Source of the DNA: Rhodospirillales bacterium
Lineage (GTDB): Bacteria > Pseudomonadota > Alphaproteobacteria > MPNO01 > UBA2964
Reading direction: 5' to 3'
DNA: 64,000 bases
Assembly (NCBI GenBank): GCA_038120295.1
Contig: JAYOLL010000004.1
Location: 5,421-69,420, forward strand
The position numbers and the translations under genes were made by a program. A model generated the notes under the pieces. The model did no database searches. It worked only from the letters and a program-made list of their open reading frames with translations, and was not told the origin of the DNA. This document shows positions 40,833-50,094 of the stretch, piece by piece. Every line of letters begins with the position of its first letter. The first letter of the stretch is position 1.

Positions 40833-41981
40833 CTACTGTTTGGAGCGCTCGGCAATCGCCGCAAGCGTACGGGACAGGACGCGCAATTCGCTGCGGATTT
40901 CACCCGTCATCTCGTTGCGCCCGGTTGACAGCTCCTCGATAAGGCGCGCGAGCTGTGCATCGATGCTGCGAAGCGCCGCGCGGGAGCTGTCGTCCAGGGC
41001 AGATGAGGAGCCGGTGTCACGGGACTCCGCCAGCCGGGCAAGCAGCGGCTTCATTTCGAGCTGGTTCTCGGCCAGCTTCACCATCAGGGACTGTTCGGTT
41101 TTCATCTGATCGGTCAGTGTTCGCAACTGCTCGGCAAGCTGAATCACGCTGTTATTGGAAGAGATACGGCTTTCCTCGCCCCGCTTCAGCGTTCTCTGCA
41201 GACTTTCGAGACTGTCGGCGGTCTGCTCCAGCAACGCCTGAACATAGGCCGGCACCGACTGGTCCCCTTCGCCTATACCGAGGCCGCTCGACAGCCGGGT
41301 CTGTCCGGCCAGCCAATCCTCTAGCTCGTTGTAGAACCGGTTCTGCGCCTGACCCGCCTGGAGTTCCAGAAAGCCGAGTACGAGAGAACCCGCGAGACCG
41401 AGCAGAGACGACGAAAAAGCCGTACCCATCCCGGAAAGGGGTGCCTTCAGGCCTTCCTTGAGATTGGCGAACACCGCACCCATATCGCCGCCTTCACCGA
41501 TCGAGAGCCCGCCGATAACCCCGGCCACCGACGAAATCGTCTGCAACAGGCCCCAGAACGTTCCGAGCAGGCCGAGGAAAATGAGCAGGCCGATCATGTA
41601 GCGCGAGATATCGCGCGACTCCTCAAGCCGGGACGCGATGCCGTCGAGCAGCGACCGCAATGAAATCGCGGAGAGGCTCAGACTGCCCTGTCGGGACCCG
41701 AGCATCGCCGCCATCGGTGCCAGCAAACGCGGTGGGTCCTGTACCGAACGGCCCGGCTGTTCGGACCGGTAATGCTCAATCCAGTTTTCCTCGCCGATCA
41801 GAACGATGACCTGACGGAAAATGTAAACGATGCCGAGAAGGAGGACCCCGAGGATCAGGCCGTTCAGGGTCGGGTTCGCGAGAAAGGCATCGAGGAGCTG
41901 ATCGTGCAGAACGCCGACGGATACGCCGACCGCAACGAGAAACAGGCTCATTCGAACGAGATAGGTCCGGGTGTTACGCAT
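40833..41981 (-). CDS. MotA/TolQ/ExbB-like ion-channel protein with long helical C-terminal tail
   Basis: LGLLGTFWGL and GMGTAFSSSLLGL TM signatures; directly upstream of the MotB-like gene. Confidence 0.85.
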   Translation of the reverse strand: MRNTRTYLVRMSLFLVAVGVSVGVLHDQLLDAFLANPTLNGLILGVLLLGIVYIFRQVIVLIGEENWIEHYRSEQPGRSVQDPPRLLAPMAAMLGSRQGSLSLSAISLRSLLDGIASRLEESRDISRYMIGLLIFLGLLGTFWGLLQTISSVAGVIGGLSIGEGGDMGAVFANLKEGLKAPLSGMGTAFSSSLLGLAGSLVLGFLELQAGQAQNRFYNELEDWLAGQTRLSSGLGIGEGDQSVPAYVQALLEQTADSLESLQRTLKRGEESRISSNNSVIQLAEQLRTLTDQMKTEQSLMVKLAENQLEMKPLLARLAESRDTGSSSALDDSSRAALRSIDAQLARLIEELSTGRNEMTGEIRSELRVLSRTLAAIAERSKQ

Positions 41982-42067
41982 GAACGGGAACCTGTCGGTC
42001 TGTATCTTCCCGAGAGACGAATTCGGCGGTCAGTCGGTATGCCCGCCGCGTCACGTCCCGTGCCCGC

Positions 42068-43225
42068 CTATCGCCTGGTGACGATGATGTCGATACGGTC
42101 AGCCGGGCCGCTTTCGGATTTGTTGCCAAGCGCGCGGACGTCGATTCTGGTGCTTTTGACCCCTTTGTCGATCAGCGACGAGCGGGCGGCCAGCGCACGC
42201 GACAGCGACAGACGTCTCGCCTGGCTTACCGAACCGCTCTGGGCGCTCGCGTAGGCCAGCAACTGCACTCTCAGCGCTTCGTCCGTCTTCATGGCGTCAG
42301 CGAGTCTTTTCAGACCCGAATTCGCGTCGGGTTTCAGCGTGGCCGATCCTGCGTTAAATCCAATTGAAAAGGCAGTACCGTTTCCGATCGGGCCTACGCG
42401 GCGTGGGACGGCGGGAACCATGGCGACCTTGGACGCGCTGGCGGACGTGCTTGCGGTCGATTCGGGCGCTTTCGGTTCCGAAGGGGAAACATCCGGCCGC
42501 GAGGCAACCGGCGCAGGGGCAGTCGGAGGAGGCGCCGGAGGAACCGGGGGAGGCTTCGCAGACAATGCCGGGATCGGCGGCGGTGGTGGCGGCTTTAGCG
42601 CGGCGGTCTGCGGTGGCGCAGGTTTCACTTCGGGCGGCGGCGCGCTGGACTGCGGGGTTGGTGACGGTGGTCTTGAGGACAGCTGTTGGGCGACCGGGGC
42701 CTGTCGTTTTGCCTCAGGCGGGACGGGCGATGAAGACGCCGGTGGCGCCGGCGGTTTCAGCCGGGTCGGCAGCGCGCTCGCAGATCTCTTGGGCGGCGGC
42801 GCAGCGACTGCGATGCGGGGCGCAGGGCTGCGTGGCGTGGCTTTTGCGACAGGGACGCGCCGACTTGGCGTCCGAAGAACGGGTTGTCCGGAAGCGGCCT
42901 TCGGCGGCTGAAGGGCGATCCGACTGGATTCAGGCAGCGTTCTGCCCCTGGAAATCACAGGAAATCTTGGCGTTCCCATTTCCGCTTTCGGAACGCTCAG
43001 GGGGCGCTGCGCCCGCGATACCGGCGCGGCCGCCCGGGGCGGCGTTCCAAGCAGCATGTCAGCGACATTGGGTGCAGGCCCAAGCTCCTGTATTACGCTC
43101 ATGTCTACCGTGACACTCGGGCTCGTCGACTGCCCCTGCACGATCTGGGCATGGGAAACCCCGCCGAGAAGCGTTGCCAGGATAACGGATAAGGGAAGGG
43201 AACGGGCGAGCGGACGAACTTTCAT
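42068..43225 (-). CDS. Secreted Pro-rich protein with C-terminal OmpA-like domain
   Basis: Signal peptide (SHA-Q); about 200-aa Pro/Ala/Ser linker; F..GSA.L...RVQLLAYA...RRLSLSRA...DRIDI. Confidence 0.8.
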   Translation of the reverse strand: MKVRPLARSLPLSVILATLLGGVSHAQIVQGQSTSPSVTVDMSVIQELGPAPNVADMLLGTPPRAAAPVSRAQRPLSVPKAEMGTPRFPVISRGRTLPESSRIALQPPKAASGQPVLRTPSRRVPVAKATPRSPAPRIAVAAPPPKRSASALPTRLKPPAPPASSSPVPPEAKRQAPVAQQLSSRPPSPTPQSSAPPPEVKPAPPQTAALKPPPPPPIPALSAKPPPVPPAPPPTAPAPVASRPDVSPSEPKAPESTASTSASASKVAMVPAVPRRVGPIGNGTAFSIGFNAGSATLKPDANSGLKRLADAMKTDEALRVQLLAYASAQSGSVSQARRLSLSRALAARSSLIDKGVKSTRIDVRALGNKSESGPADRIDIIVTRR

Positions 43226-43315
43226 CGGTCCGATTTTCCTCGTCTTTCGTTAAACGGCGAAAACTACTTGGTTAACGGCGCGGCACTAACTTAGCGCAGC
43301 CTATTAGGTGTAACA

Positions 43316-43331
43316 ATAACTTATACTTAAC
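43316..43331. promoter_or_regulatory. CtrA-like box (1 mismatch) upstream of the ompA-motA-motB-like genes
   Basis: ATAA-CTTATAC-TTAAC; further TTAA/TAAC half-sites within 43249-43320. Confidence 0.45.
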
Positions 43332-43408
43332 AAGCGTCCTGCTGAAAATTTCCGGCGCTGGTCCCTGTACCGCTCGCAGGATCGCAGAAATCCTGCGCCG
43401 ATCCCTCG

Positions 43409-44215
43409 TTAGCCGCGGCGAAGAGACCGCCTGGCATCCGACAGCATCTTGCGGACCGGGTCGTAAAGCGCGCTGTTGGCGGCGAGAATCGTGCCGCCGT
43501 TCAGCGGATCGCTGCGTCCGTCGATCTCGCTGACCATGCCGCCTGCCTCCCGGACCAGCAGCAGCCCGGCGGCGACGTCCCAGGGCGCCAGGCCGATCTC
43601 CCAGAAAGCTTCGAATCGCCCGGCGGCGACATAGGCAAGATCGAGACTCGCCGCGCCGAAACGACGCAGCCCGGCCGTCCTTTCCATGACGGCGGGCAGC
43701 ATGGCCAGCAGTTCGTCGCCGCCGGCCCGGCCCATGAAGGGAATGCCGGTTGCAAGAATGGCCGTGCTCAGATCGCTCCGCGCAGACACGCGCAGACGCC
43801 TGTTATTAAGAAAACACCCCTCGCCCTTGGCGGCCCAGAATACTTCGTCCCGGGTCGGCTCAAACACCATTCCGGCAACGATTTCGCCGCGATGCTCATG
43901 GGCAATGGAAATCGCGAAATGGGGAACGCCGTGCAGGAAGTTGGTCGTGCCGTCAAGCGGGTCGACGATCCAGCGATCGGCGGCATCCGCCGGCCCCGAG
44001 GCACCGCCTTCTTCCAGCAGCAGCGCGAATTCGGGGTGCGCTCTGGATAATTCGCTCTTGAGTATGCTTTCGGCCCGCCGGTCCGCCTCGGAGACGAAAT
44101 CCGCCGGTCCCTTGCGCGAGACCTGGAGCTGTTCCACCTCGTTAAAATCGTGGATCAGGCTGCGCGCGGCCTTGCGCGCGGCCGCGTCCATTACGTTGAT
44201 GATCGGCGGTCGCAT
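43409..44215 (-). CDS. suhB: Inositol monophosphatase family protein
   Basis: KGPADFVSEAD; WIVDPLDGTTNFLHG; RRFGAASLDLAYVA; WDVAAG. Confidence 0.93.
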   Translation of the reverse strand: MRPPIINVMDAAARKAARSLIHDFNEVEQLQVSRKGPADFVSEADRRAESILKSELSRAHPEFALLLEEGGASGPADAADRWIVDPLDGTTNFLHGVPHFAISIAHEHRGEIVAGMVFEPTRDEVFWAAKGEGCFLNNRRLRVSARSDLSTAILATGIPFMGRAGGDELLAMLPAVMERTAGLRRFGAASLDLAYVAAGRFEAFWEIGLAPWDVAAGLLLVREAGGMVSEIDGRSDPLNGGTILAANSALYDPVRKMLSDARRSLRRG

Positions 44216-44269
44216 CGGTCTATCCGTTCTTTTCGATTTGCCCGGGCCGGTTTCGCCCGCCGTTCAAAA

Positions 44270-44836
44270 TCAGTCCTTGGCGCGCTCGACATAGGATGCA
44301 TCCGCCGTCGCCACGACGACGCGCGTTCCCATCTCGATATGCGGCGGCACCATCGTCTTGACGCCGTTCTCCAGTATCGCAGGCTTATAGGACGAGGACG
44401 CCGTCTGGCCCTTTACCACCGCATCGGCTTCGATGATTTCCAGCGTCACGTGCTGCGGCAACTGAACGCCGATCGGCATTCCGTCGACCGTATTGACGGT
44501 GACCGTCATGCCTTCCGACAGGAAAACAGCGGCTTCGCCGGCCATCTCACGGTCGACCGTGAACTGGTCGAAGGTCTCGGAATCCATCAGGGTGATCTGA
44601 TCGCCTTCGCCGTAGAGCATGGTGCATTCCCGCTCGTCCGTCATGAGCTTCTCGACCGATTCCTGGGTGCGGAACCGTTCATTGGTCTTGGTGCCCGTCT
44701 TCACGTCCCGCATGTCGACGGCGATAAAGGCGTTGCCCTTGCCCGGCAGAATGAGCTCGTACTTTGTGATCAGAAACTGTCGGCCCTGATGCTCGATGGC
44801 ATGGCCGGGCCGTAAGGTGTTCGCATTGACCTTCAT
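44270..44836 (-). CDS. efp: Elongation factor P (Lys-type, PGKG)
   Basis: PGKGNAF; NERFR; VKGQTASSSYKPA; VPPHI; YVERA. Confidence 0.96.
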   Translation of the reverse strand: MKVNANTLRPGHAIEHQGRQFLITKYELILPGKGNAFIAVDMRDVKTGTKTNERFRTQESVEKLMTDERECTMLYGEGDQITLMDSETFDQFTVDREMAGEAAVFLSEGMTVTVNTVDGMPIGVQLPQHVTLEIIEADAVVKGQTASSSYKPAILENGVKTMVPPHIEMGTRVVVATADASYVERAKD

Positions 44837-44916
44837 GGCGGAATCGCTCTTGTTTCGAAATGGCGTGCCGATGTGGATTTCGGCGCGCCGGAACCTAGCA
44901 GGTCGGATCGGGCTGT

Positions 44917-46014
44917 TCAACGAATCCGGTCGTTTTCCGGCGGGTCTTTGTAAAGGTGGCTCTCTCCTCGCCAGTCCTCTATCCGCCAGTGCCCGTCTCC
45001 TTCCTCTCGTGCGTAGCTGGGGCCGACGGGACTCTTGCCTTGGCCGCCCGGGATGTCGAGGACGTAGGTTGGCTGTCCCAGCCCCGACAGCCGGCCGCGC
45101 AGGGCGCGTACGATGCGCCGGCCGACCGAGAGCGCCGTGCGGAAATGACCTGTTCCCCGTGCGAGATCGGCGTGGTGCAGGTAGTAGGGCTTGATCCGGT
45201 TTTTCAGCAGCGCCCGCATCAGCGCCTCAATGGTATTTTCGTCATCGTTGACGCCCTTGAGAAGGACCGTCTGGCTCAGCATCGGGATGCCGGCATCGAC
45301 AAGCCGGCTCACCGCAACCCTTGCCGGGGGAGACAGTTCCCGGGGGTGATTGCAGTGCAGCACGACGAACAGGGGCGTTTCCCGCCTCAGCGCGGCAATA
45401 AGGTGTGTATCGACCCGTTCCGGGACGGCGACCGGGACGCGCGTGTGAATGCGGACGATTTCGACATGCGGGATCCTGTCCAGCGCGTCCATGATTCCCG
45501 CCAGACGCCGGGGAGACAGCGTCAGCGGATCGCCGCCGGACAGGATGACCTCGAAAATTTCGGGATGGTTCCGGATGTAATCGAGCGCTGCCTCCAGCGC
45601 CGCTCCGTCGAGGACCTGCCCGCCCACCGCTTCGCGGCGAAAGCAGAACCTGCAATAGACAGGGCATATCAGCAACGGCGTGAGCAGCACCCGGTCCGGA
45701 TAGCGGTGAACGATGCCCCGGACCGGAGAGTGGGCATCGTCGCCGATCGGATCGGCCAGGCCGTCGCCGTCTGCCTCCCGGGAGTCGGGTACAAACTGCC
45801 GCGCGATCGGGTCATTCGGGTCGTCCGGGTCGATCAGCCCCGCCAGGGCGGGGGGGATGGCGATGGGAAGGGTTTCCGCCGCGGCGCGGGCGTTGTCGGT
45901 ATCCTGTGTTTCGATGAGGCCCGCCGCGGCGAGCGCTTCGGGCGTGCGCATTGTGCGGTCGGAACGGCCCCGCCGCTGGACAAGCTTTCGAACCACATTC
46001 ATCTTGAACCTCAC
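44917..46014 (-). CDS. epmB: Lysine 2,3-aminomutase family radical SAM protein (EF-P beta-lysylation)
   Basis: DPIG; HRYPDRVL; CPVYCRFC; SGGDPL; QTVLLKGVND; DIPGGQGK; between efp and epmA. Start uncertain. Confidence 0.9.
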   Translation of the reverse strand: MRFKMNVVRKLVQRRGRSDRTMRTPEALAAAGLIETQDTDNARAAAETLPIAIPPALAGLIDPDDPNDPIARQFVPDSREADGDGLADPIGDDAHSPVRGIVHRYPDRVLLTPLLICPVYCRFCFRREAVGGQVLDGAALEAALDYIRNHPEIFEVILSGGDPLTLSPRRLAGIMDALDRIPHVEIVRIHTRVPVAVPERVDTHLIAALRRETPLFVVLHCNHPRELSPPARVAVSRLVDAGIPMLSQTVLLKGVNDDENTIEALMRALLKNRIKPYYLHHADLARGTGHFRTALSVGRRIVRALRGRLSGLGQPTYVLDIPGGQGKSPVGPSYAREEGDGHWRIEDWRGESHLYKDPPENDRIR

Positions 46015-46045
46015 GCTTTAATGGAAGCGAACACGGACTCGGCAA

Positions 46046-47131
46046 ATGAATGACACTCCGTCGGGAGACAGGCAATCCTCTGGCGCCGCCTCCGCCGGGG
46101 GGGAATGGTGGCGGGCCGACCGGCTGGCGGAGAAACTGCCGCGCTTGCGCGCCCGAAACCGGGCGGCTGCCGGCATGCGGGAGTGGTTCTCCGCGCATGA
46201 TTTCGTTGAGGTCGAAACCCCGGCGCTCCAGATCTCGCCCGGTCTGGAACCGCAGCTTCGCGCCTTCGCGACCCGTCTCTTCGAGCCGTTCGAGGAGAAT
46301 GGGCAGACCCTGTACCTTCATACCTCGCCGGAATTCGCCATGAAGAAGCTGCTGGCAGGCGGCATGGAACGGATCTTCCAGCTGTCCCGCGTCTGGCGCA
46401 ATGCGGAACGATCGGCGCTGCATCACCCTGAATTCACCATGCTGGAATGGTACCGGGCGCGCGCCGGATGGCGCGATATCGCGTCCGACTGCGAAGCGCT
46501 TGTCCATGACGTGGCGGGAAAGGGGGGCCTGTTGCATCGCGACGGAAAAACCTGCGACCCGACCCGGAACTGGGAATTTCTTTCGGTCGCGGATGCATTT
46601 TGCCGCGATGCAAATATCGATCTGATGGAATCGCTGTCCGATCCCGCCGCGCCTGACAGGGACGTGCTGGCCGAGGCTGCGAAACGAGAGAGTATCCGCA
46701 TAGCGGACAGCGATGGCTGGGACGATATTTTCCATCGCATCATGCTCGAACGGGTCGAGCCGTCGCTCGGCGGCGTCGTGCCGACGGTGCTTCATTCCTG
46801 GCCCGCGCCGCTGGCGTCGCTCGCGCGGATCGACCCCGCGGATTGCCGTCTTGCCGAGCGGTTCGAGGTCTATGCCTGCGGAGTAGAGCTTGCCAACGGG
46901 TTCGGCGAACTGACGGATCCTGCCGAGCAGCGACGCCGGTTCGAGGCCGATATCGAGCGCAAGAAATCGCTGACCGGCGAGGTATACCCGATCGATGAAG
47001 AGTTCCTGTCCGCGCTTGGCAGTATGCCGGAGTCTGCCGGTATCGCGCTCGGTTTCGACCGGCTTGTCATGCTGCTCACGGGGGCGCCGACAATCGACGA
47101 TGTTCTCTGGGCTCCGGTAACAGGCTCTTAA
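46046..47131 (+). CDS. epmA: EF-P lysine aminoacylase
   Basis: EVETP; YLHTSPEFAMKKLLA; HHPEFTMLEWY; ERFEVY..GVELANGFGELTD; GIALGFDRL. Confidence 0.95.
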   Translation: MNDTPSGDRQSSGAASAGGEWWRADRLAEKLPRLRARNRAAAGMREWFSAHDFVEVETPALQISPGLEPQLRAFATRLFEPFEENGQTLYLHTSPEFAMKKLLAGGMERIFQLSRVWRNAERSALHHPEFTMLEWYRARAGWRDIASDCEALVHDVAGKGGLLHRDGKTCDPTRNWEFLSVADAFCRDANIDLMESLSDPAAPDRDVLAEAAKRESIRIADSDGWDDIFHRIMLERVEPSLGGVVPTVLHSWPAPLASLARIDPADCRLAERFEVYACGVELANGFGELTDPAEQRRRFEADIERKKSLTGEVYPIDEEFLSALGSMPESAGIALGFDRLVMLLTGAPTIDDVLWAPVTGS

Positions 47132-47168
47132 ACAAGTCTTTAACCATCGGCGTTAACATCGCCGCGTC

Positions 47169-48218
47169 ATGGATTTTCGCCTCAAAATGCCCTTGCGTGG
47201 CGCGGCCGTTGCGGCCTCGATTCTCGCTGCTTCCTCGGCTTCCGCCCAGGAGGATATTTCGACTGTCTATTCCGGCCAGTCGATAACCGTTGTCGTCGGC
47301 GCCGCGACTGGATCGTTGCAGGACCGGTATGCGCGGGTCATCGGGCGATATCTGATCAAGCATGTTCCCGGCAGTCCGACCATCCGCTACCGCAACATGC
47401 CGGGAGCCTCCGGACGAAAGGCCGCGCTCTGGCTGTTCAGTACAGCGACTCGCGATGGGCTCACTTTCTCCTCCCTGACGCCCGATGTTATCGCCGGACC
47501 GTTGCTGGGCGATGAGAAGGACAAGAAATTCGACCCCCTGAAGTTCAATTTCATCGGGAGCGCGGCGAGCCCGGTCTATATCTGCCTGTCCCGGCCGGAC
47601 GCGCCCGCCGCGAGCTTTTCCGAAGTCCGCTCCAGGCGGCTGGTTATGGGCGCGCTGAAGGAAGGCGGCGCTACCCAGGATATTTTCTACGCGCTGATCA
47701 ACCTTGCAGGCGCGCGTTTCCGAATCGTGCCGCATTATCGCGACAGGGTGGAACTGCTTGGCGCTCTTGAACATGGTGAAGTCCACGGCGCGTGCGGGTT
47801 CAGCTGGTCCACGCTCCGGACCCGCTGGCCGGAACTGCTCAAGGAAAAGAAAACCGTCCTGTTTCTCCAGGTGGCTCTCAAGCCCCGACGCGATCTCACA
47901 AGGCTTAACGTTCCCATCGTGTGGGACTTTATCGATTCTACCGAGGACCGAACCGCGCTTGAACTTCTGGCAAGGGCGCAGCAGGTCGGGATTCCCTAGG
48001 CGGCGCCGCCCCGCGTGCTGCGTCGCCGCGTCGCCGCTCTTCGCGTGGCCTTCGAACGCACCATGAAGGACCTCGAATTCAAGGCCGAGACACGCAAGGC
48101 CAAACTCGACCTGTCGCCGATCTATGGCGACGACCTGCAACGGGTCATCGAAAAAATCTATCAGACGCCGTCCGAAACGGTTGCGAAGGCGCGCGCTGCG
48201 CGCCGGCCCGGCGGCTGA
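47169..48218 (+). pseudogene. TctC/Bug-like binding protein gene interrupted by an in-frame TAG (47997-47999)
   Basis: ORFs 47169..47999 and 48015..48218 are in the same frame. Joined they align with 3498..4790 (GIP*AAPPRV vs GRPFVVGPNV; ALR.AF..TMKD.EF). Confidence 0.8.
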
Positions 48219-48285
48219 ACATCGCTTGGCGCTTTTTCCCTGAAACGGTTATGATTCAGCCTTCCCAGCTATCAGGAGGCGCGTC

Positions 48286-49158
48286 ATGGCGACCCAGCTT
48301 GAAAGCCGTTCCGGAATGACCTTCAGACCGCTTTCCCCTGCAATCGGGGTGGAGGCGGAAGGGGTGGATCTGTCGAAACCACTCGACGCCGAACTCGCTT
48401 CCGATCTGAAGCGTGTCTGGGCGGAACATTCGATCCTGCTGGTTCGGGGGCAGGACCTTTCCGACGAAGACCAGTTTCGGTTTGCCCGGCATTTCGGCCC
48501 GATAGCGCCGCGTCCCAAGCCGCCGGTCGAAAAGCGCGACTACGTACCCGATCCGGAAAATCCGATGCATCTGGTGACCGACCGGGTGGATGAGCAGGGT
48601 CGCAGGCTCGGCTCGCTCGGTCATGGTGAGATGTGGTTTCACACCGACAAGTGCTACGTGCCGGCGCCGCACCGGGCATCGGCGCTTTACGCCATCGAAA
48701 TTCCGACTGAAGGCGGGCACACGAAATTCGCCTCTCTCTATGCCGCCTATGACCGGCTTCCGGACGATCTTCGCGAAACCCTCGAGGGACGCCGGGCGCT
48801 GCAGGTCTACGATTACACGAAGACCGATGTCGCTTCGGTGGATGCAAAGCTGGAAGAGCTCATGCATTTCTGGCAGCCGGTGTTCGTAACCAATCCGGAT
48901 ACCGGACGCCGGGCCCTGTACGTTAACCGGCTGATGACCGCCCGGATCGAGGGGATGGACGAGGAAGAGAGCCGCGAGACGCTGGATCGGCTGTGCGATC
49001 TGATTGAGGCGCCTGACAATGTATACGAGCATGTCTGGCAGCCCGGTGACATTATCGTGTGGGACAATCTGTCGAGTCTGCATGCCCGCACGGACTGGCC
49101 CCATGACCAGCGCCGGACGCTGCGCCGCTGCACCGTTGAGGGCGTCGAATTGCGGTAA
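48286..49158 (+). CDS. TauD/TfdA family dioxygenase 1
   Basis: WFHTD; GGHTKF; WDNLSSLHAR; R.LRR. Confidence 0.92.
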   Translation: MATQLESRSGMTFRPLSPAIGVEAEGVDLSKPLDAELASDLKRVWAEHSILLVRGQDLSDEDQFRFARHFGPIAPRPKPPVEKRDYVPDPENPMHLVTDRVDEQGRRLGSLGHGEMWFHTDKCYVPAPHRASALYAIEIPTEGGHTKFASLYAAYDRLPDDLRETLEGRRALQVYDYTKTDVASVDAKLEELMHFWQPVFVTNPDTGRRALYVNRLMTARIEGMDEEESRETLDRLCDLIEAPDNVYEHVWQPGDIIVWDNLSSLHARTDWPHDQRRTLRRCTVEGVELR

Positions 49159-49207
49159 AAGCCCCATCGGCGCTAGAATTCATTGGCGAAATCTACGGAG
49201 CCCGCGC

Positions 49208-50080
49208 ATGGCAACCCAGCTGAAAAACCCGACTGAGCTCGAATTTGTCCCGCTTTCGCCCGCTATTGGAGTCGAGGCGCGGGGCATCGATCTGTGCGAG
49301 CCGGTCGACCCGGATACGCAGGCCGCACTGCGCGCCGCCTGGGCGGAAAATTCGGTTCTGCTGGTGCGTGGGCAGGATTTGAGCGAGGAGCAGCAATTCG
49401 CCTACGCGCGTCTGTTCGGCGAAGTCGCCGACCGGGTCAAGCCGCCGGTCGAAAAGCGCGACTACCGGGCCGATCCCGAGAACCGGATGCAGCTCATCAC
49501 CAATCGTCTGGATGATCAGGGCAGGCCGCTCGGTTCTCTGGGCGACGGCGAAATGTGGTTTCACACCGACAAATGCTATGTCGAGAAACCGCACCGGGCT
49601 TCGTTCCTGTATGCGGTCGAAATCCCGTCCGAGGGCGGTCACACGAAATTCGCCTCGCTTTATAACGCGTATGACCGGCTGCCCACCGACATCAGGGAAC
49701 GGATCGAGGGGCGCAGGGTCCTGCAGGTATACGATTACGGCAAGGTGGAGGCGGCTGACGTCGACGAACGTCTCGACGAGCTGCTGCATTACTGGCAGCC
49801 CATGGTGGTCGCCAATCCGGATACGGGGCGCAGGGCGGTCTATGTCAGCCGGCTGATGTCGCTGCGGATCGAGGGGATGGACGAGGACGAGAGCCGGGAT
49901 GTGCTGGAAACGATCTTCGATATCGTCGAGGCCGAGGACAATATCTACGAACATGTCTGGCGGCCCGGCGACATCCTGCTGTGGGACAATCTGTCCTGCG
50001 TTCATGCGCGCACCGACTGGCCGCCGGAACAAAACCGGACGCTGCGCCGGGTGACGATCAGGGGCGAGGCGCTCTCATAA
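49208..50080 (+). CDS. TauD/TfdA family dioxygenase 2 (close paralog of 1)
   Basis: WFHTD; WDNLSCVHAR. ATG after GGAG. Confidence 0.92.
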   Translation: MATQLKNPTELEFVPLSPAIGVEARGIDLCEPVDPDTQAALRAAWAENSVLLVRGQDLSEEQQFAYARLFGEVADRVKPPVEKRDYRADPENRMQLITNRLDDQGRPLGSLGDGEMWFHTDKCYVEKPHRASFLYAVEIPSEGGHTKFASLYNAYDRLPTDIRERIEGRRVLQVYDYGKVEAADVDERLDELLHYWQPMVVANPDTGRRAVYVSRLMSLRIEGMDEDESRDVLETIFDIVEAEDNIYEHVWRPGDILLWDNLSCVHARTDWPPEQNRTLRRVTIRGEALS

Positions 50081-50094
50081 GGGAGAAACGGGAC

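Noticed and set aside
39411-41981. Complete Zorya defence system or flagellar stator
   Set aside because: No ZorC/D/E, other defence genes or flagellar genes adjacent, and the context is housekeeping. Kept only as an orphan motor.
47128-47156. Three TTAA half-sites after epmA as a CtrA site
   Set aside because: Spacings are N8 and N9. Only a mismatched N7 reading or a TTAACCAT half-site fits, too weak to call.
47997-47999. Pyrrolysine or genetic-code reassignment
   Set aside because: TAG ends intact genes in this window (oxc, ABC transporter, ygfA) and no pyl machinery is visible.
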